Assembly (NCBI GenBank): GCA_036172245.1
Contig: JAYWIR010000034.1
Location: forward strand, 558,001-622,000
DNA: 64,000 nt
Source: Raillietiella orientalis
Taxonomy: Eukaryota
Reading direction: 5' to 3'
The translations under genes and the position numbers were made by a program. Shown here one piece after another: positions 36,657 through 49,345 of the stretch (position 1 is the first letter of the stretch; each line of letters opens with the position of its first letter). The notes under the pieces were generated by a model. It was not told the DNA's origin. It ran no database searches and saw nothing but the letters and a program-made list of their open reading frames with translations.

Positions 36657-38342
36657 GCGCACAGTCGTACTGATGTGCCCACCAAAAGGTTGCATTTTTT
36701 ATCGCAGCAGCTGCAGATGGAGGCAAGAAGGCCAGGTGAAGGGGCATTCCACAAGTCCAGCAGGAGATGGAGTTGGAGAAGGAAAGCCTTTAGAGTTAAG
36801 GTCCACAGTGTTTTTCTCTGTTTTACGGAGGGTCACCCCCTAGATTGCAGAATCCAGCCGGTGCCTTAATTGGAATCCTCCTTTTGCCTTCACGAGAGGA
36901 CCGACTCCTTCCTGAAGGGAGTTGCCACCAGGAGCTCATCCCGTTTGCATGATCTCCAGTCCAGAGAAGACTGCGAAGCTCCGCCACTTTACCTGCGAGT
37001 GCTTCAGCAGAGTTCGAACTTTGAGAAAACAGAGTCGTGTAGGCATGTGGGGGTCATGTAGGCACTCAGTCTTGATGGCTCTTAACGGAAAGCCTCGAGC
37101 AACTGTCAAGGGACCAGGAGCTCTTTCTGGATTTGCGGAGGCAGAGTGGATCGCCATTGGATCTGCTCGCTCCCTCGCAAGCATCCTGCGTTGGTGCCCC
37201 TCCTGCGCTGGACTGTACTACACAATGAGCCCCGACACAAAATGACGGAGAAGGTGCAGTGGGAATATGGAATCGTAATCACATTTTCATCTGGATCGCG
37301 GTTCTTTTCATTCCCGGCGAACATGCTCGGACAGGATACCCTTCCTCACCCTTGTAACGAGCAGAAACAAACTAGGACTCTTCTTCCCGGATAAGCTACT
37401 TACTCTCGAAGCACCCACCACCCTGTGCTGCGTTCTCAGAGCCGCGCTGGCAGCGTGTCATCCGTGGAAGCGGAACGACGAGGCTAAGCGGAGCATGGAA
37501 GTGGATCCACGTTACCATAGGAAACTGTACAAGGAATTGTCTGCATCATGAAGGAACTTGCTAGAGAGAGATACGCTCCAATCCGGTGACCCTAGGCTCT
37601 CCCTCACGCATTGAGTGCTTTTTAATTACTTTCCATCGTCTCTTCCGCCCTTCTCTCTCTGCAGCCATTCCTAGCGGATGCATGGGCTCGTGGCTGCACT
37701 GTCCTGGTAGCCGTGAGGAGGGAGCGTTTCAAACAGGTGACGCCGGGACGTTCACTCGAAAATAAACTTACAGGTCACTGAGAACTGGGTTCACAGAAAA
37801 CAAAAACCAAAAAAAAAAAACCTCACAGGAAATGACCCGGCAAGCTCTTAAAGAAGTCGGAGTGGGAGGGAGGCAAAACAAATAATTTAAAAAAAAAAGA
37901 GTGGTGGGATGGGAAGGGATTTTTGTTTCGAACCACTTCGTTTTCCTAGAGCTGGAGTTGTATGTTGGTGATTTCTCTGGCGTTATTCCTGGAATGAAGT
38001 TACCTTGCAGCCGTCATCATCAAGGCGGTTACCATGCGTGTGGCCTCTCTTTGCTGCACTCGAAACTCCAGCGCGTAGCGGACTGTGACGATGGTGCGAA
38101 TGCAGCATCTCGTGGCGATCACGGCGTCCTGCCGGTCGAACGTGAATCTGCGCGCTCCACGAGGTCAGGAACCCGTGAATTGTGTGCTAGTGTTTGGCAG
38201 CTGCCCGAAGGCCCCAGAACCTAACGGGCCAGCTGTCACCTCCCTGGGAGTAGGGGCGGAAGTCTCACTACTCGGGGTGAGGGAGGTGGATGCTGTTCTC
38301 TCCAAAGAAGGATCGTTTTCCCACAGCGAGAAGAACTGGGGC

Positions 38343-40200
38343 ATGGTGGCTGCGGCACCCTTGCCTCCGGCAGCTGCCGAAGCGTAGGCCTACCACGTCT
38401 CAGGCCATAATCCATACCTGAGATATAAGGTAGGCCCTTTGTATGACCTTTCGGTAGCGCGCTTCTTCTCGGAGGAGCTGCAGAGACTGCAAATCAAACC
38501 GGAAGAGCTTTGCGCGCTCTCCGTTCTGGCCGAGGAAAGGGTCGTTGAGGTGGCTTTCAAGGACCCGAGCCTGGCCTAGCGACTGTCGCGAACCCCGATC
38601 GTGATCGGAGGGCGTAGCTCCTCCCGTAAAAGAGGACCGCTCCCTGATCTTGCACTCACCGGCATTACGGTAAGGACGACCAAGAAGGTGGTCCACCAGA
38701 AATTGGAGGAGTTGCAGGACGGTGCACGCACTGTGGGCGAAGCCCCGCATCTTCCCTGAATACCAGGGATCTGCATGTCTGATCACTAGCCTCGCAGCGG
38801 CACGCATTACCGTCCACGAAGGGGGGACGCTACCCTACAGATTGGACGTCGACGGGGAACCCGTCGACATCTGGTACGAAGGGATTCTCCTTGTGTGCGC
38901 CCACTGTGGCAAGTCGCAGCACCGGAAGAGGGGGTGCCCCGACATCGAGTGCTACCGTTGCTGCGCGAAGGGACGCATCCAGTTCGTGGGCCCCTCTTAC
39001 GGCCGCCATCCGGTCAAACATGCGTCGGCTATAAAAAAGAAAAAAAAGAGCAAAAAAAATAAAAATAAAAATAAAAAGAGTAAGAAAAATAAGAAGAACC
39101 GAGCGCTCACAGCTGATTCCACATCGAAGACCATTCTGGAAAGTGACCAGCAACCAGCGGCATCCACCACACCTGCACCTGAGGCAAGCAGCCATGTAGA
39201 AGCAGAATAGAGGGAAGAGGAAACAAGCTGAGTGCAAGTTTTCTTTTTTCCACTATTTGTTTTTTCCGGTAGGAAAAAACAAATAGTGGAAAAAAGAAAG
39301 GGGAAAAAACCGCCGATTGCTCGCGAAGTCATTCCACGACTCGCGAAAATAAAAAACGTGGAAGCTGTGGCGCAGCACATCGTCTCACCTCATAGGGAGA
39401 GTAGCAAGGTCGCACAACCCGCAACCGGGAGCACGGTAGACGGGACCTGCAACATGCAGGTCGTCAAGGTTGTTGACCTAGCGGCAGCCCTGCAAACCTC
39501 CCGGCAACCTCTGGAAAGCGCCCTAGAGTCATGACGCTCGCGGCCACGAGAGTCGCTCGGGACGCTATACGCAGGGCCACCGCGCAAGAATAGCTCTACC
39601 TGACCTCCGAGGTAGAGACGAACGCTGAACTGGCGCCTCCCGTGCAGGGACTACGCCACAAGACCGCGCTCCATGTAGAAGCGGTCCACAGGGAAGTGTC
39701 CCTGCAAGGGGGGAACGACGCTGGTTCTGACCCAAAGATGGAGGAAGGCTCACAGGACTCCTCCATGGAGACAGCCCCGCCCTTCCCGCCGCAAGGTGAA
39801 GAGGGCATAGGGCGTGCCACGGAAGTCCGGGAAATGCCTTCCCCCAACGAGAACGCGCCACCTGCAAGCCAGAAGGGAGCCGCACTGCCAGATTCCCAGA
39901 AGCAATGCGCGGAGTCGCGTACTCCCGTCGCTTGCGCGTGCCCCTTTGGAACGTGAACGGCCTGCAAGGCGTCGGGAAGAGACGCGACAAAGCCAACGTC
40001 CTACGAAACTTCGACTTGGTGCTCCTCCAAGAGATTCACGTGATCTCGGACGAGGATGCCGCCGACTTCGAATGGATCGCGGGTGGAAAGCTTCATTGGC
40101 GGTGTGGCACCAGTAAATCGAGAGGGGTGGCATTCCTGATACAGCCAGCCACCATGCGTGCGGTGCATAGCGTGCGATTCGACGTTGTCACCTGGTCACG
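38343..40200 (+). mobile_element. 5' half of an L1/Tx1-like element: ORF1 with two CCHC knuckles plus the start of the ORF2 APE endonuclease
   Basis: LPYRLDVDGEPVDIWYEGILLVCAHCGKSQHRKRGCPDIECYRC (ORF1), then LWNVNGLQGVGKRRDKANVLRNFDLVLLQEIH...SKSRGVAFLI (APE motifs WNVNG, LQE, RGVA). Confidence 0.88.
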
Positions 40201-40402
40201 CCAGAGCGTTTATTAGAAGCTTGACCATTTTTGCGGTATAAGGCCGCAAAAATGATCAAGTTTTTAATTCTTTGAGTTGAAGTAGCCCCCAGTGATGAAG
40301 GAAGCAAGGATCCTTTCCCTGAAGTGGCAAGAGTCGGCGCTGCTGCTGTTGCAACGGGTCTCCCCCGCCGCGCGCGCTGCCACCACTGGACGCTGGGGAG
40401 TT

Positions 40403-42550
40403 CCCACCCGGTCACACCGGGGCGTTTATTTCTAAACACAGTATATTTGCGGTACTAGGCCCGCTACGGCCAATGGTTCATGGTGCCTGCCGGGTCGCCG
40501 GCGCGCAGACAGGCGCGACTCTCCTCGGCAGCGGTGGGGAATGGGGAAAGAACAAAAATAAAAATAAGAAGAAAACAAAAAAAGAAACACTCCGGTGGTC
40601 TGGGAAGGGATCACTGTCCACCAAAGGAAGAGACAATCCTTTCCAGGATGCCCTCGAGGTCCCTTTGCATGGCTCCCAGAAGGGACCAGCCGATCGCGAT
40701 TCGCAGGTAGCGACCCGCGTGTACGATGGGATCCCTATCGCTGCTTCCTCTGTTGGCTGCGCTCCACTCAGCCACAATCCCTCGAAGGCAGTAGAGCGCT
40801 GCCAGGGTTGAGGCTGGTGGCAGGGCGTCTCGCACGAAGAGGAGTCTCACAACGTCTCTGGGGGTACTGCCGACCGGCATAGGGAGGGTCGTAGCATAAC
40901 GTTCCCACAAGGGCCGGAGGGCAGCTCAGTCCACTAACAGGTGGGGAAGGGATTAATTTTCCCCGCACACGGCACAGTTCTGTCCCACGTTCCCCAACGT
41001 CCAGTCGTGGCGGCGCGCGTTGCAGGGGGTACCCCAGTGCAACAACAGCGCCGTTTCCTGCCACTTGAGGGCAGGGTGGATGCGTCTCTAAATAACGGGG
41101 GCCACTCTAGGTCATCCGCCGGGATGCCAAGCAGCTCGCCCCATCTCCGTATTCCATGCGGGTGAACGCTTGGGGTTGCGGCGTCTGCCAGTTCCCTCAT
41201 TGTCCACCCGCTTAGATCCTTCTCCTTGCCCGCTATCCGGCAGGAGACTTGCCATCTCGGCTTCCGGCTGTTTTGAAGCGCCCTTCGTAGGAAGGGCAGC
41301 CCTGTGGCCAGTGGGGTCGTCTCCGCCCAAGTGCTTCTGGCGGGACACTCGATCATGTTCTGCAGCGTGCAGTGGGTGTAAATGCCGGTGCGCAGGCGGT
41401 TGCAGGATTCTCCACTGATGTGTTTCAACTTTGCCCACGTTCCAACTGTTTCTTCCAGCCATGCGCTGGAGTTGGCGGGGCTGCAGGCCATCCATCCGTT
41501 CTCCTTTGACAGGGTGGCCATGCGTCCCAGGAGAAGTCCTTATCTTCTTATTTTCCGGCCGGGGCACAGAAGAAAAGACGCGAGTCCTTCAGTCCCGGAC
41601 ACACGTCTGGCGAGAAGGCGTGCTGGAACGCACCAAGGGGTGCTCCACATTTTCGCTGCGATGGCTAGAGTACGCCACCGCAGCTGTGTTTCCATTCGCT
41701 CCATCGTCAGGACGCTAAGACCTCCGTGCCGACGTGGAGCGCTCAAATTCTTTAAAGGCAAACGAGACCTCCTGCCGCCCCACAGGGGGATGCGTAGGAG
41801 GTCCTTTGTTCTTTTTTTCAGTTCACGGGGTACGGGGCAAACAAAAAGCAGGGGGCGAAGGAGGGGGGCCGCGAACGCGTTTCACACCGCAGCCCGTTCC
41901 GTCAAGTGAAGCTTGTCTTCCAGGAACGGGCCGATCGCTGACTCCACTTTTTGGAGACGACCTGACCAGGCTTCTGACTGGCAGAAGTCCCCCAACGTAA
42001 CGCCGAGGTACTTCAAGTACCTCTCCGTGGGGATCCCCAGGCGGATTCAATCAGGTCGTCCTGCCCACTTTGCACCAACCGCAACCAGCGACGACTTCGT
42101 TCTGCTCACCCGTAGTCCTGTCCACGGCTCAGCAAGTCGAAGAAATCTTCGACTGCCGAAGCCGGGGCGGACATGGGCAGCAGGAGCAAAAGATCGTCAG
42201 CATACGCCGACACGGCCGGCGTACCTGGACACGAGCTTGAAAGGGCAGCCAATGTCACCCTGTATGCTCTCAGCACTAGTTCGAAATAGGTGCTAAAGAG
42301 CAGGGGACTCAGGCTGTCGCCCTGCCGGATGCCGCGCCTCACCGGCACGCCGAACACGTGCTGTCCTCTGAAAAACAAGTTGATGATCGCATTGCGCCAG
42401 TAGGCGCGCAGGTAGGCCGTTAAGGTGTCCGGGAAGCCCATGCGATCCAGGAGCTCCAGAAGGAGTTCCTGGTCCACGCAATCGAACGCTTTGTGCAGAT
42501 CGACTGCGATCGCTAGAGCCCCCTTCCCTTCCCGGTCGTCCCTTCCCTGC
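40403..42550 (-). mobile_element. L1/Tx1-like element: RT core to 3' end
   Basis: AVDLHKAFDCVDQ...RGIRQGDSLSPLLF...SAYADDLLLLL, FKYL, GGLS, zinc finger remnant, ORF2 end Q* at about 40611, and 3'-terminal aataaacgccccggtgtgaccgggtg at 40405-40430. Confidence 0.92.
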
Positions 42551-42659
42551 CCCGCTGGCGCTCCCAAATCAGGGTTGCCGACATTCCGTTCTTTTTCCTT
42601 TTTTTCCTCGACCATGTAAGAGTTTAAATAAATGTCACGGCGTACCCGGGTGGCATCAT

Positions 42660-43013
42660 CAAACCCAGGGGGCAGGCTGTGCATGGGGAACTCCTCGCAG
42701 AATTCGCGGACAGAGGCCTTCATGCGGTCCCACTCCGTGAGATTCCGGAGGGACAGCTTGCTGGCATCCTCCAGAGGATGACGGACCCTCCCAGCAGACA
42801 GTGATCCCTTACCGTTCCCACCCCAGTTTTGTTTATTTTTTTGTTTTCTTTTTGTTTCAATCCCCCTCCCCTCTGCTGCCGAGGTCGACCACACCGGTCT
42901 GTGCACCGGGAACCCGGCAGGCTGAATGTATCTAGGACGTGGCTGGACTACTGGTCCAGTCACAGTTTATAGAGGTTTGTTCGTAAGAATAAACGTCCTG
43001 GAGCAACCAGGTT
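42660..43013 (+). mobile_element. Short 3' end of an L1/Tx1-like element
   Basis: LAGILQRMTDPPSRQ* ending in cagtgatccctt (42799), T-rich UTR, and terminal aataaacgtcctggagcaaccagg (42988-43011). Confidence 0.75.
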
Positions 43014-43059
43014 TCCAGCGAGATTCCGGAGGGTGACGCCTCTCAGTAATCGGCGGAGA

Positions 43060-43625
43060 TGTTCCTTCGCACCTGAGATCCGAGTCCAGTCCCCGGGTAG
43101 ACGCCACGCCCTGGATGGTGGCCCTTTGTCGCGAAGCATAATCACGAAAATCAACCGGAAATGGTCGGACAGCGTCGATGGAATTCCCTCGTCTGCCGAC
43201 CCTGGGTGTCAAGGAAAACGTGGACGACGCTTTGGATCATTACCGGGAGGTAACCCAACAAGTTGCGCGCCCGCATCGCCGCGCACAACTCTTTGGCCGC
43301 GTCTTTTTGCCCGCATGGCACACCTGGCAGCAGACAGATGTTAAAATCTCTGCCGATCAGGTGTGCCTTGCGTACGTTTGTATCAGCCAGACAGTCGCAC
43401 TTCAGGGTTTCAAGGAACCGGGAACGTTCCCCGTACCCTCATCCGCCGCTAGGAGCGTACACGTTTGTCACGACAACGTCGATCTAGTCGGACCATCTGA
43501 GGATCAGCTGGCCAACCCGACTATCCTTGTCGAAGCGTACGCCCTTGACGACAGTGTCAACTGCTGGCTTCGCAAAAAAAGCGACGCCACAGGTGTTGCG
43601 AGCGCCACATTGCCAATACAACCAA
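43060..43625 (-). mobile_element. APE endonuclease fragment of an L1/Tx1-like element
   Basis: LYWQCGARNTCGVAFFAKP...VRFDKDSRVG...VVTNVYAPS...HLIGRDFNICL...SIDAV. Confidence 0.85.
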
Positions 43626-43649
43626 CCAAACTGCACCATCGCAGGAGCA

Positions 43650-44460
43650 ACACGACCCATAGGCGGCTGGAGGACTTGCGAGCTGGCAGACGCCGTCACG
43701 CCTCGCCACATCCCGAATGGACTCCTTCGGTGGAGTGACCACTTGAGTGTGCCACCCGAAGAACTTGGGATCCCTCCTCGTGCGTGGACACTTCCGTGTT
43801 CCTTTAACTTGGAAGCAGGACGTCATCATGCTGGTGCATTGGGGTTTTCACTCCAACCAGCGGACGAACCGTGTTTCTGGGGGAGTTGTCTCCCCGAACT
43901 GTAAGCGGTGCGGGGACGTGGAAACGCTCCCGCACCTGCTCCTGGACTGCGGTGCCTCCAAGGACTGTGACGGAGGCTGGCTTCAGCTCTCCTGCACCAG
44001 GGGAACACCGCAGGAGACTTGATGCGCCGCTTCTTCACGCCAGGCGGCCTGTCCTTAAGTGCTGTCATCACAATGGTCTGTTGCACCCGCGTCATCGACA
44101 AGGCCCACCAAGAGCTGGAGAAGCTGGCGATTCTTAGACAGGCCACCGGAATAGCCGGCATGAACATGACGTCGGCTGCCGAGTGGGCCCATCTTCCAGA
44201 AAACGTTAGGAGCGAATCACCGGCATCCATAGCCGGTTCTGAAGGAAAGGAACGGTCCAAACCAAAGAGCCCTGTCCTCTCCCCTTCCCATATCTTTATT
44301 TCTATTTTTTATATGTGTATTTGTGGTCCCCTCCCTCCCGTTCCGGACTTTCAGTTTACCGACCTGCGTGTCGGGGATCCTTCTATTCGTTATTCTGTGT
44401 CCTTTGTCCGGGAACTCTGTTCCTGTATCGTTTAGTAATAAACTTCTTCCCTCACCTGGG
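43650..44460 (+). mobile_element. ORF2 C-terminus and 3'UTR of an L1/Tx1-like element
   Basis: VSPNCKRCGDVETLPHLLLDC zinc finger followed by a pyrimidine-rich UTR and aataaac at about 44437. Confidence 0.85.
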
Positions 44461-45170
44461 TGAGAAACAACCGACCCCTTACGATCCTCTCTATCTCCTG
44501 GGCGTTCTCCGCAGTGAGCACGTGGATCTCTTGCAGGAGCGCCAGGTCGAAGTCACTCAGGGTGTCGGCCGTATCCCGTCTGTTGCCGTCGTCGCGCAGC
44601 TCGTTGACGTTCCAGCAGGCTACGCTGATCCGACGGCGACAGGCGAGCCCAGGTGCTAACCCTGGGAAAGTGACAGTGAGTCGCCCGCCACCTGGTCGGG
44701 TAGGACGCTAGGAGGAGGGGGTACATCGCTCACCGCTTCTCCCTCCTCCATGGGGGCCGAATGGTCGGCAAAGCCGTGCGAAGGAAGGGGGTTTTCATCC
44801 ACCTGCTCTTCCTCCTCCATGGGGGTCGCCAGCTGCACGGTGTCGGGGAGTGAGAGACTCCTACCCTCCGTTCCCATGCTGCCGTCTTCCCCCTCGTCTG
44901 CCAGTTCATCCCCTTCCTTCTTGGTCCGGATGCGCCTCTTGGAATTCTTGGACTTGCTTCCTGTCTTCTTAGGAGGCGCCTCCGCTGAGGTGGATGCACT
45001 TCTGGCATATGGGTCGGCCTCACCTGCCTCCGGAGTCTTCCTCGCTGCCGGCCTTTGCAAGACCTTTCGCGAGTTTTTCTCACGGCCTTATAGTTCGGCC
45101 GCGAGTTCTTCCGCCACCTGCTGAAAGGCGGCCTCCTCGATTTTGTCGAGCGCGTCGCGCAGCTCGCCCT
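44460..45170 (-). mobile_element. ORF1 low-complexity tail plus endonuclease N-terminus of an L1/Tx1-like element
   Basis: SVACWNVNELRDDGNRRDTADTLSDFDLALLQEIHVL preceded by a K/E/P-rich ORF1 tail. Confidence 0.8.
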
Positions 45171-45174
45171 CTGT

Positions 45175-46810
45175 GTTAGGAGAGGGTTCGCCTCCGGCTA
45201 TCGCGGCTCCGGAGGAACCGAGGGGGGGTTTCTTCCCTGGTGGCGACCTCTAAGGCCTCCACGTGCTCCAAAGCCAAGCGTCCGTCGTCCAGTGGCAAGA
45301 AGGTCGGCCAGGAGTAGGAGCCCTTGCGGTCGTAGTCGATCTGCACAAGGCATTTTATTGCTTCGACCAGGAGCTCTTTCTGGAGCTGCTGAAACACTTG
45401 GGCTTCCCGGCCGCATTGTCGGTCTACCTGAGCTCCAGCTGGGGCCACACGCTCATCATTATCTCTTTCAGCGGGCAGACATTGCATGGAGTCCCGATGT
45501 GACGCGGTATACGGCAGGGAGACAGTCTGAGCCCCTTGCTCTTTAGCACCTATTTCGAATTGGTGCTGAGAGCATACAGGGAGACTCTGCCTCTCCACTC
45601 GCGCGTATGTTCCGGCACGCCTGCCGTCTTAGCATACGCGCACGATCTTCTGCTGTTGCTCCCCATGTCCACCCCGGCATGCGCACTCGACGGTTTCTTC
45701 GAGCTGCTCAGTCGTGGAACGGGCCTGGTGGTCAACAAGGCGAAGTCATCCGTGGTTCCCGTAGGCTCATCGTGGGCAGGGCGGCCGGACTGGATTCGCA
45801 GGGGGATCCCCATGGCCCGTTACATAAAGTACCTGGGCGTTCCGTTGGATGACTTTTGCCCCTCAGAAGCCTGGTCCGACCGTCTTCAGAAAGCACTGCA
45901 GATGCTCGATCCGTTCCAAAGAGCGGTGTGGAACACGTTTGTGATCCTTCTACTCCGCCCCTTGCTTTTTGTTTGCCCACCGCCATGCAGCATTTGAAAG
46001 CGGACAAAGGAACTCATCCGGATCGCCCTCTGGGGCAAAAAGAGGCCTCGAGTCCACCTAAGGGACTTGTGTGCTCCGCGTCGGGACGGCTGCCTAGGCC
46101 TTCTGACGCTGGAACGGATGAAGCTGCAGCTCCAGTGTCGAACATTGGTCCTCGCGAAAAAATTCTGGAGCACCACCTGGTGCCAACCTGTACATTTTCT
46201 CGTCCCGCAAGCCACAAGCAGCCTGGGAATCGCGTCCTTCCTTGCGCGTCGTCCATGCAGTCTCATCCACGGTGGACTGCACCTGCGGCAGGTAACCACG
46301 CTGGCGAGGAAAAGCGGATGGATCTCGTGCCGCCCTTGAACGGAAGTGCCTGTTTGCAGAAAACCGTTCGCACGTGGGCGAGGATCCAGGAGCCAAGCGC
46401 GGAATAGGGGCGACGTTTCCTGTACGCGAGCAACAACAGCTGCACGCTCCGGGAGATCCTGGAAGATCCCGCGAAGAGTGCATTGGCAAACAGAACCTCC
46501 GTCGCCGCCATGCCGCCCTCCTTTAGAAAGCAAATGGACCATGGATCAAATGCCTTACGGCTAGATGGGAGGTTCCTACGGAAATTTTCGGAGGGAGAAA
46601 AGGACTGAGCGAGTGTACGTTGGGCCAGCTCACTGATGCTGCAACCCAGGGTGCTCGACCTCGTGGACTTTTGCGTTGGAACGTGCTAATGGGTATTCCG
46701 AAGGAAGACCTGCAGTGGCTCTTGGTGCACATGAACACCCGCAACCTCTCTTTAAAGTGGCAGCAGTCGGCATTGCTGCTGCTGCCTCCCGCGCAGCGCC
46801 CTCTGGCATC
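45175..46810 (+). mobile_element. RT core and downstream ORF2 region of an L1/Tx1-like element
   Basis: VVDLHKAFYCFDQ...RGIRQGDSLSPLLF...LAYAHDLLLLL (YADD mutated)...VNKAKS...IKYLGVPL...DGCLGL. Confidence 0.9.
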
Positions 46811-46918
46811 CGTCGACACAGGTGTGTGTCACCTGGTCATGCCGGGCCGTTTATTAAAAACTATCTATACGTTAGTGGTATGAGGTCCCGCGACGGCCAA
46901 TACAACATACCAATACCC

Positions 46919-47502
46919 CGGACGAACCGTGTTTCCGGGGGAATTGTCTCCCCGAACTGTAAACGGTGTGGGGAAGTGGAAACGCACCCGCACCTGCACT
47001 TTGACTGCGGTGCCTTCAAGGACTGTGGCGGAGGCTGGCTACAGCTCTCCTGCACCAGGGGAACACCGCAGAAGACTTGATGCGCCGCTTCTTCACGCCA
47101 GGCGGCCTGTCCTTAAGTGCTGTCATCACAATGGTCTGTTGCACTCGCGTCATCGACAAGGCCCACCAAGAGCTGGAGAAGCTGGCGATTTTTAGACAGG
47201 CCACCGGAATAGCCGGCATGAACATGACGTCGGCTGCCGAGTGGGCCCATCTTCCAGAAAACGTTAGGAGCGAGATCACCGGCATCCATAGCCGGTTCTG
47301 AAGGAAAGGAACGGCCCAAACCAAAGACCCCTGTCCTCTCCCCTTCCCATATCTTTATTTCTATTTTTTATATGTGTATTTGTGGTCCCCTCCCTCCCGT
47401 TCCGGACTTTCGGTTTACCGACCTGAGTGTCGGGGATCCTTCCATTCGTTATTCTGTGTCCTTTGTCCGGGAACTCTGTTCTTGGATAGTTTAGTAATAA
47501 AC
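46919..47502 (+). repeat. Close paralog of LINE 3' end 43861-44443
   Basis: Collinear high-identity match from cggacgaaccgtgtttc to tttagtaataaac. Confidence 0.9.
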
Positions 47503-47533
47503 GCCCCTGCACACCCAAGTGGGAAACAGCAGG

Positions 47534-48165
47534 GCCTGCCGGGTCGCCGGCGCGCAGACAGGCGCGACTCTCCTCGGCAGCGGTGGGGAATGGGGAAAGA
47601 ACAAAAATAAAAATAAGAAGAAAACAAAAAAAGAAACACTCCGGTGGTCTGGGAAGGGATCACTGTCCACCAAAGGAAGAGACAATCCTTTCCAGGATGC
47701 CCTCGAGGTCCCTTTGCATGGCTCCCAGAAGGGACCAGCCGATCGCGATTCGCAGGTAGCGACCCGCGTGTACGATGGGATCCCTATCGCTGCTTCCTCT
47801 GTTGGCTGCGCTCCACTCAGCCACAATCCCTCGAAGGCAGTAGAGCGCTGCCAGGGTTGAGGCTGGTGGCAGGGCGTCTCGCACGAAGAGGAGTCTCACA
47901 ACGTCTCTGGGGGTACTGCCGACCGGAATAGGGAGGGTCGTAGCATAACGTTCCCACAAGGGCCGGAGGGCAGCTCAGTCCACTAACAGGTGGGGAAGGG
48001 ATTAATTTTCCCCGCACACGGCACAGTTCTGTCCCACGTTCCCCAACGTCCAGTCGTGGCGGCGCGCGTTGCAGGGGGTACCCCAGTGCAACAACAGCGC
48101 CGTTTCCTGCCACTTGAGGGCAGGGTGGATGCGTCTCTAAATAACGGGGGCCACTCTAGGTCATC
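47534..48165 (-). repeat. Near-identical copy of LINE segment 40485-41116
   Basis: Constant offset of 7049 nt at both ends; only one substitution noticed by eye (ggcatag vs ggaatag). Confidence 0.92.
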
Positions 48166-48384
48166 TGTTGGGATGCTCAGCAGCTCGTCCCATCTCTGCA
48201 ATCTTCACGGAAGGACTCTCGAGGTCGTGGCGTCGGCCAGCTTCCTCATGGCCCAACCGCTTAACCTCTTGCCCCTGCCTGCTATCCGGCAGTAGACTTT
48301 CCACCTCGGAGTTCGGTTGCTGCCGAGCGCCCTCCTCAAGAAGGGCAGCGCCTTGATCAGTTGAGTCGTCTCCTCCCACTGTCG

Positions 48385-48977
48385 ACATAGGTATGTGTGA
48401 ACCCAAACTGTGCAAGGTGCGAAGAGCGGGAATCTTTCCCGTACCTCTTAGTGAACTATGTTGCCCCCGATCCCTTTGGGGACGCTTTGCTGCGACCCAG
48501 GGTCTTTGTAAATCACCTCTTCCTGCGTAACACCCTCACGACGGCCGCATCTCTAGCAGCACTTTGCTGTCCACGCAGGATCGTGGCTGCAAGGAGCAAT
48601 TCCAGAGGAGACCAGAACCACTGGAACGCACATCTAGTTTGCTGTCCTTTTCATGTGAACAGCGTCAAAATGGTCCCATCTGGGGAGGATAAAGGAGCCT
48701 GCCGGCATCCTTACAAGGATGCAGAGGATGCCCTCCAGCACACAGTGATCCCTTCCCGAACCCCCCTCCCTTTCTTTTTTTGGCTATGTGTTTTTGTTTT
48801 GCTTCTTTCTTTTTGTTTGTTTTCCCTTCCCTTGTGCTGCCGAGGAGCACCCTGCTGGTCTGTCTGCGTGCCAAATCCCCGCAGGCTCCTTTTCTTATCC
48901 ATAAGTAACGTGACAGGATCAAATGTCCTGCCACAGGCATGTAGGTTTAGAAATAACGCCCTGGCGTGACTGGGTGT
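48385..48977 (+). mobile_element. Zinc finger to 3' end of an L1/Tx1-like element
   Basis: NPNCARCEERESFPYLL, cagtgatccctt at 48743, and terminal aataacgccctggcgtgactgggtg. Confidence 0.8.
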
Positions 48978-48979
48978 CA

Positions 48980-49345
48980 ACCAATGCCTCACTCGAAGCC
49001 CACAGACCAAGCAGCAGCATCCTGAGAAGGAACTCGAAACCTATTTCTTGGTATCCCATCCCGCAACGCTTGGTATCACGCGGGACAGCAGCCATACGGC
49101 CTCCAACGCGGACCATGGCATTTCTTGGGTCAGGACGAACAAAGAGCAAAGGACGAAGGAGGGTAAGCAAACACCTTCCTCACTGTGGTCTGTTCTGATG
49201 AGAAAAACCTCTCCTTGGAAGGGGCCAGGAGTCTCTCTGCCTTTTGGAGGCAGATGGACCAGATTTCTGCCCCGCATAAGTTTTTCAGAAGCGAGCCAAT
49301 GAAACTGCATTGTCTACTCGCTTGCGCCCGTTCTCTTCTGGTCCA
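48980..49345 (-). mobile_element. Post-RT ORF2 fragment of an L1/Tx1-like element
   Basis: LTLLRPLLFVRP and VPRDTKRCGMGYQEIGFEFLLRMLLLGL pieces homologous to the other copies. Confidence 0.55.

Noticed and set aside
39030..39100. Lys/Asn-rich run as a distinct functional repeat
   Set aside because: A-rich low-complexity tract within the LINE ORF1 tail.
42106..42963. 285-aa ORF containing YADD as an intact RT gene
   Set aside because: Its N-terminal half reads antisense through unrelated plus-strand 3'UTR fragments; only the part below about 42550 is RT, so it is a chance fusion.
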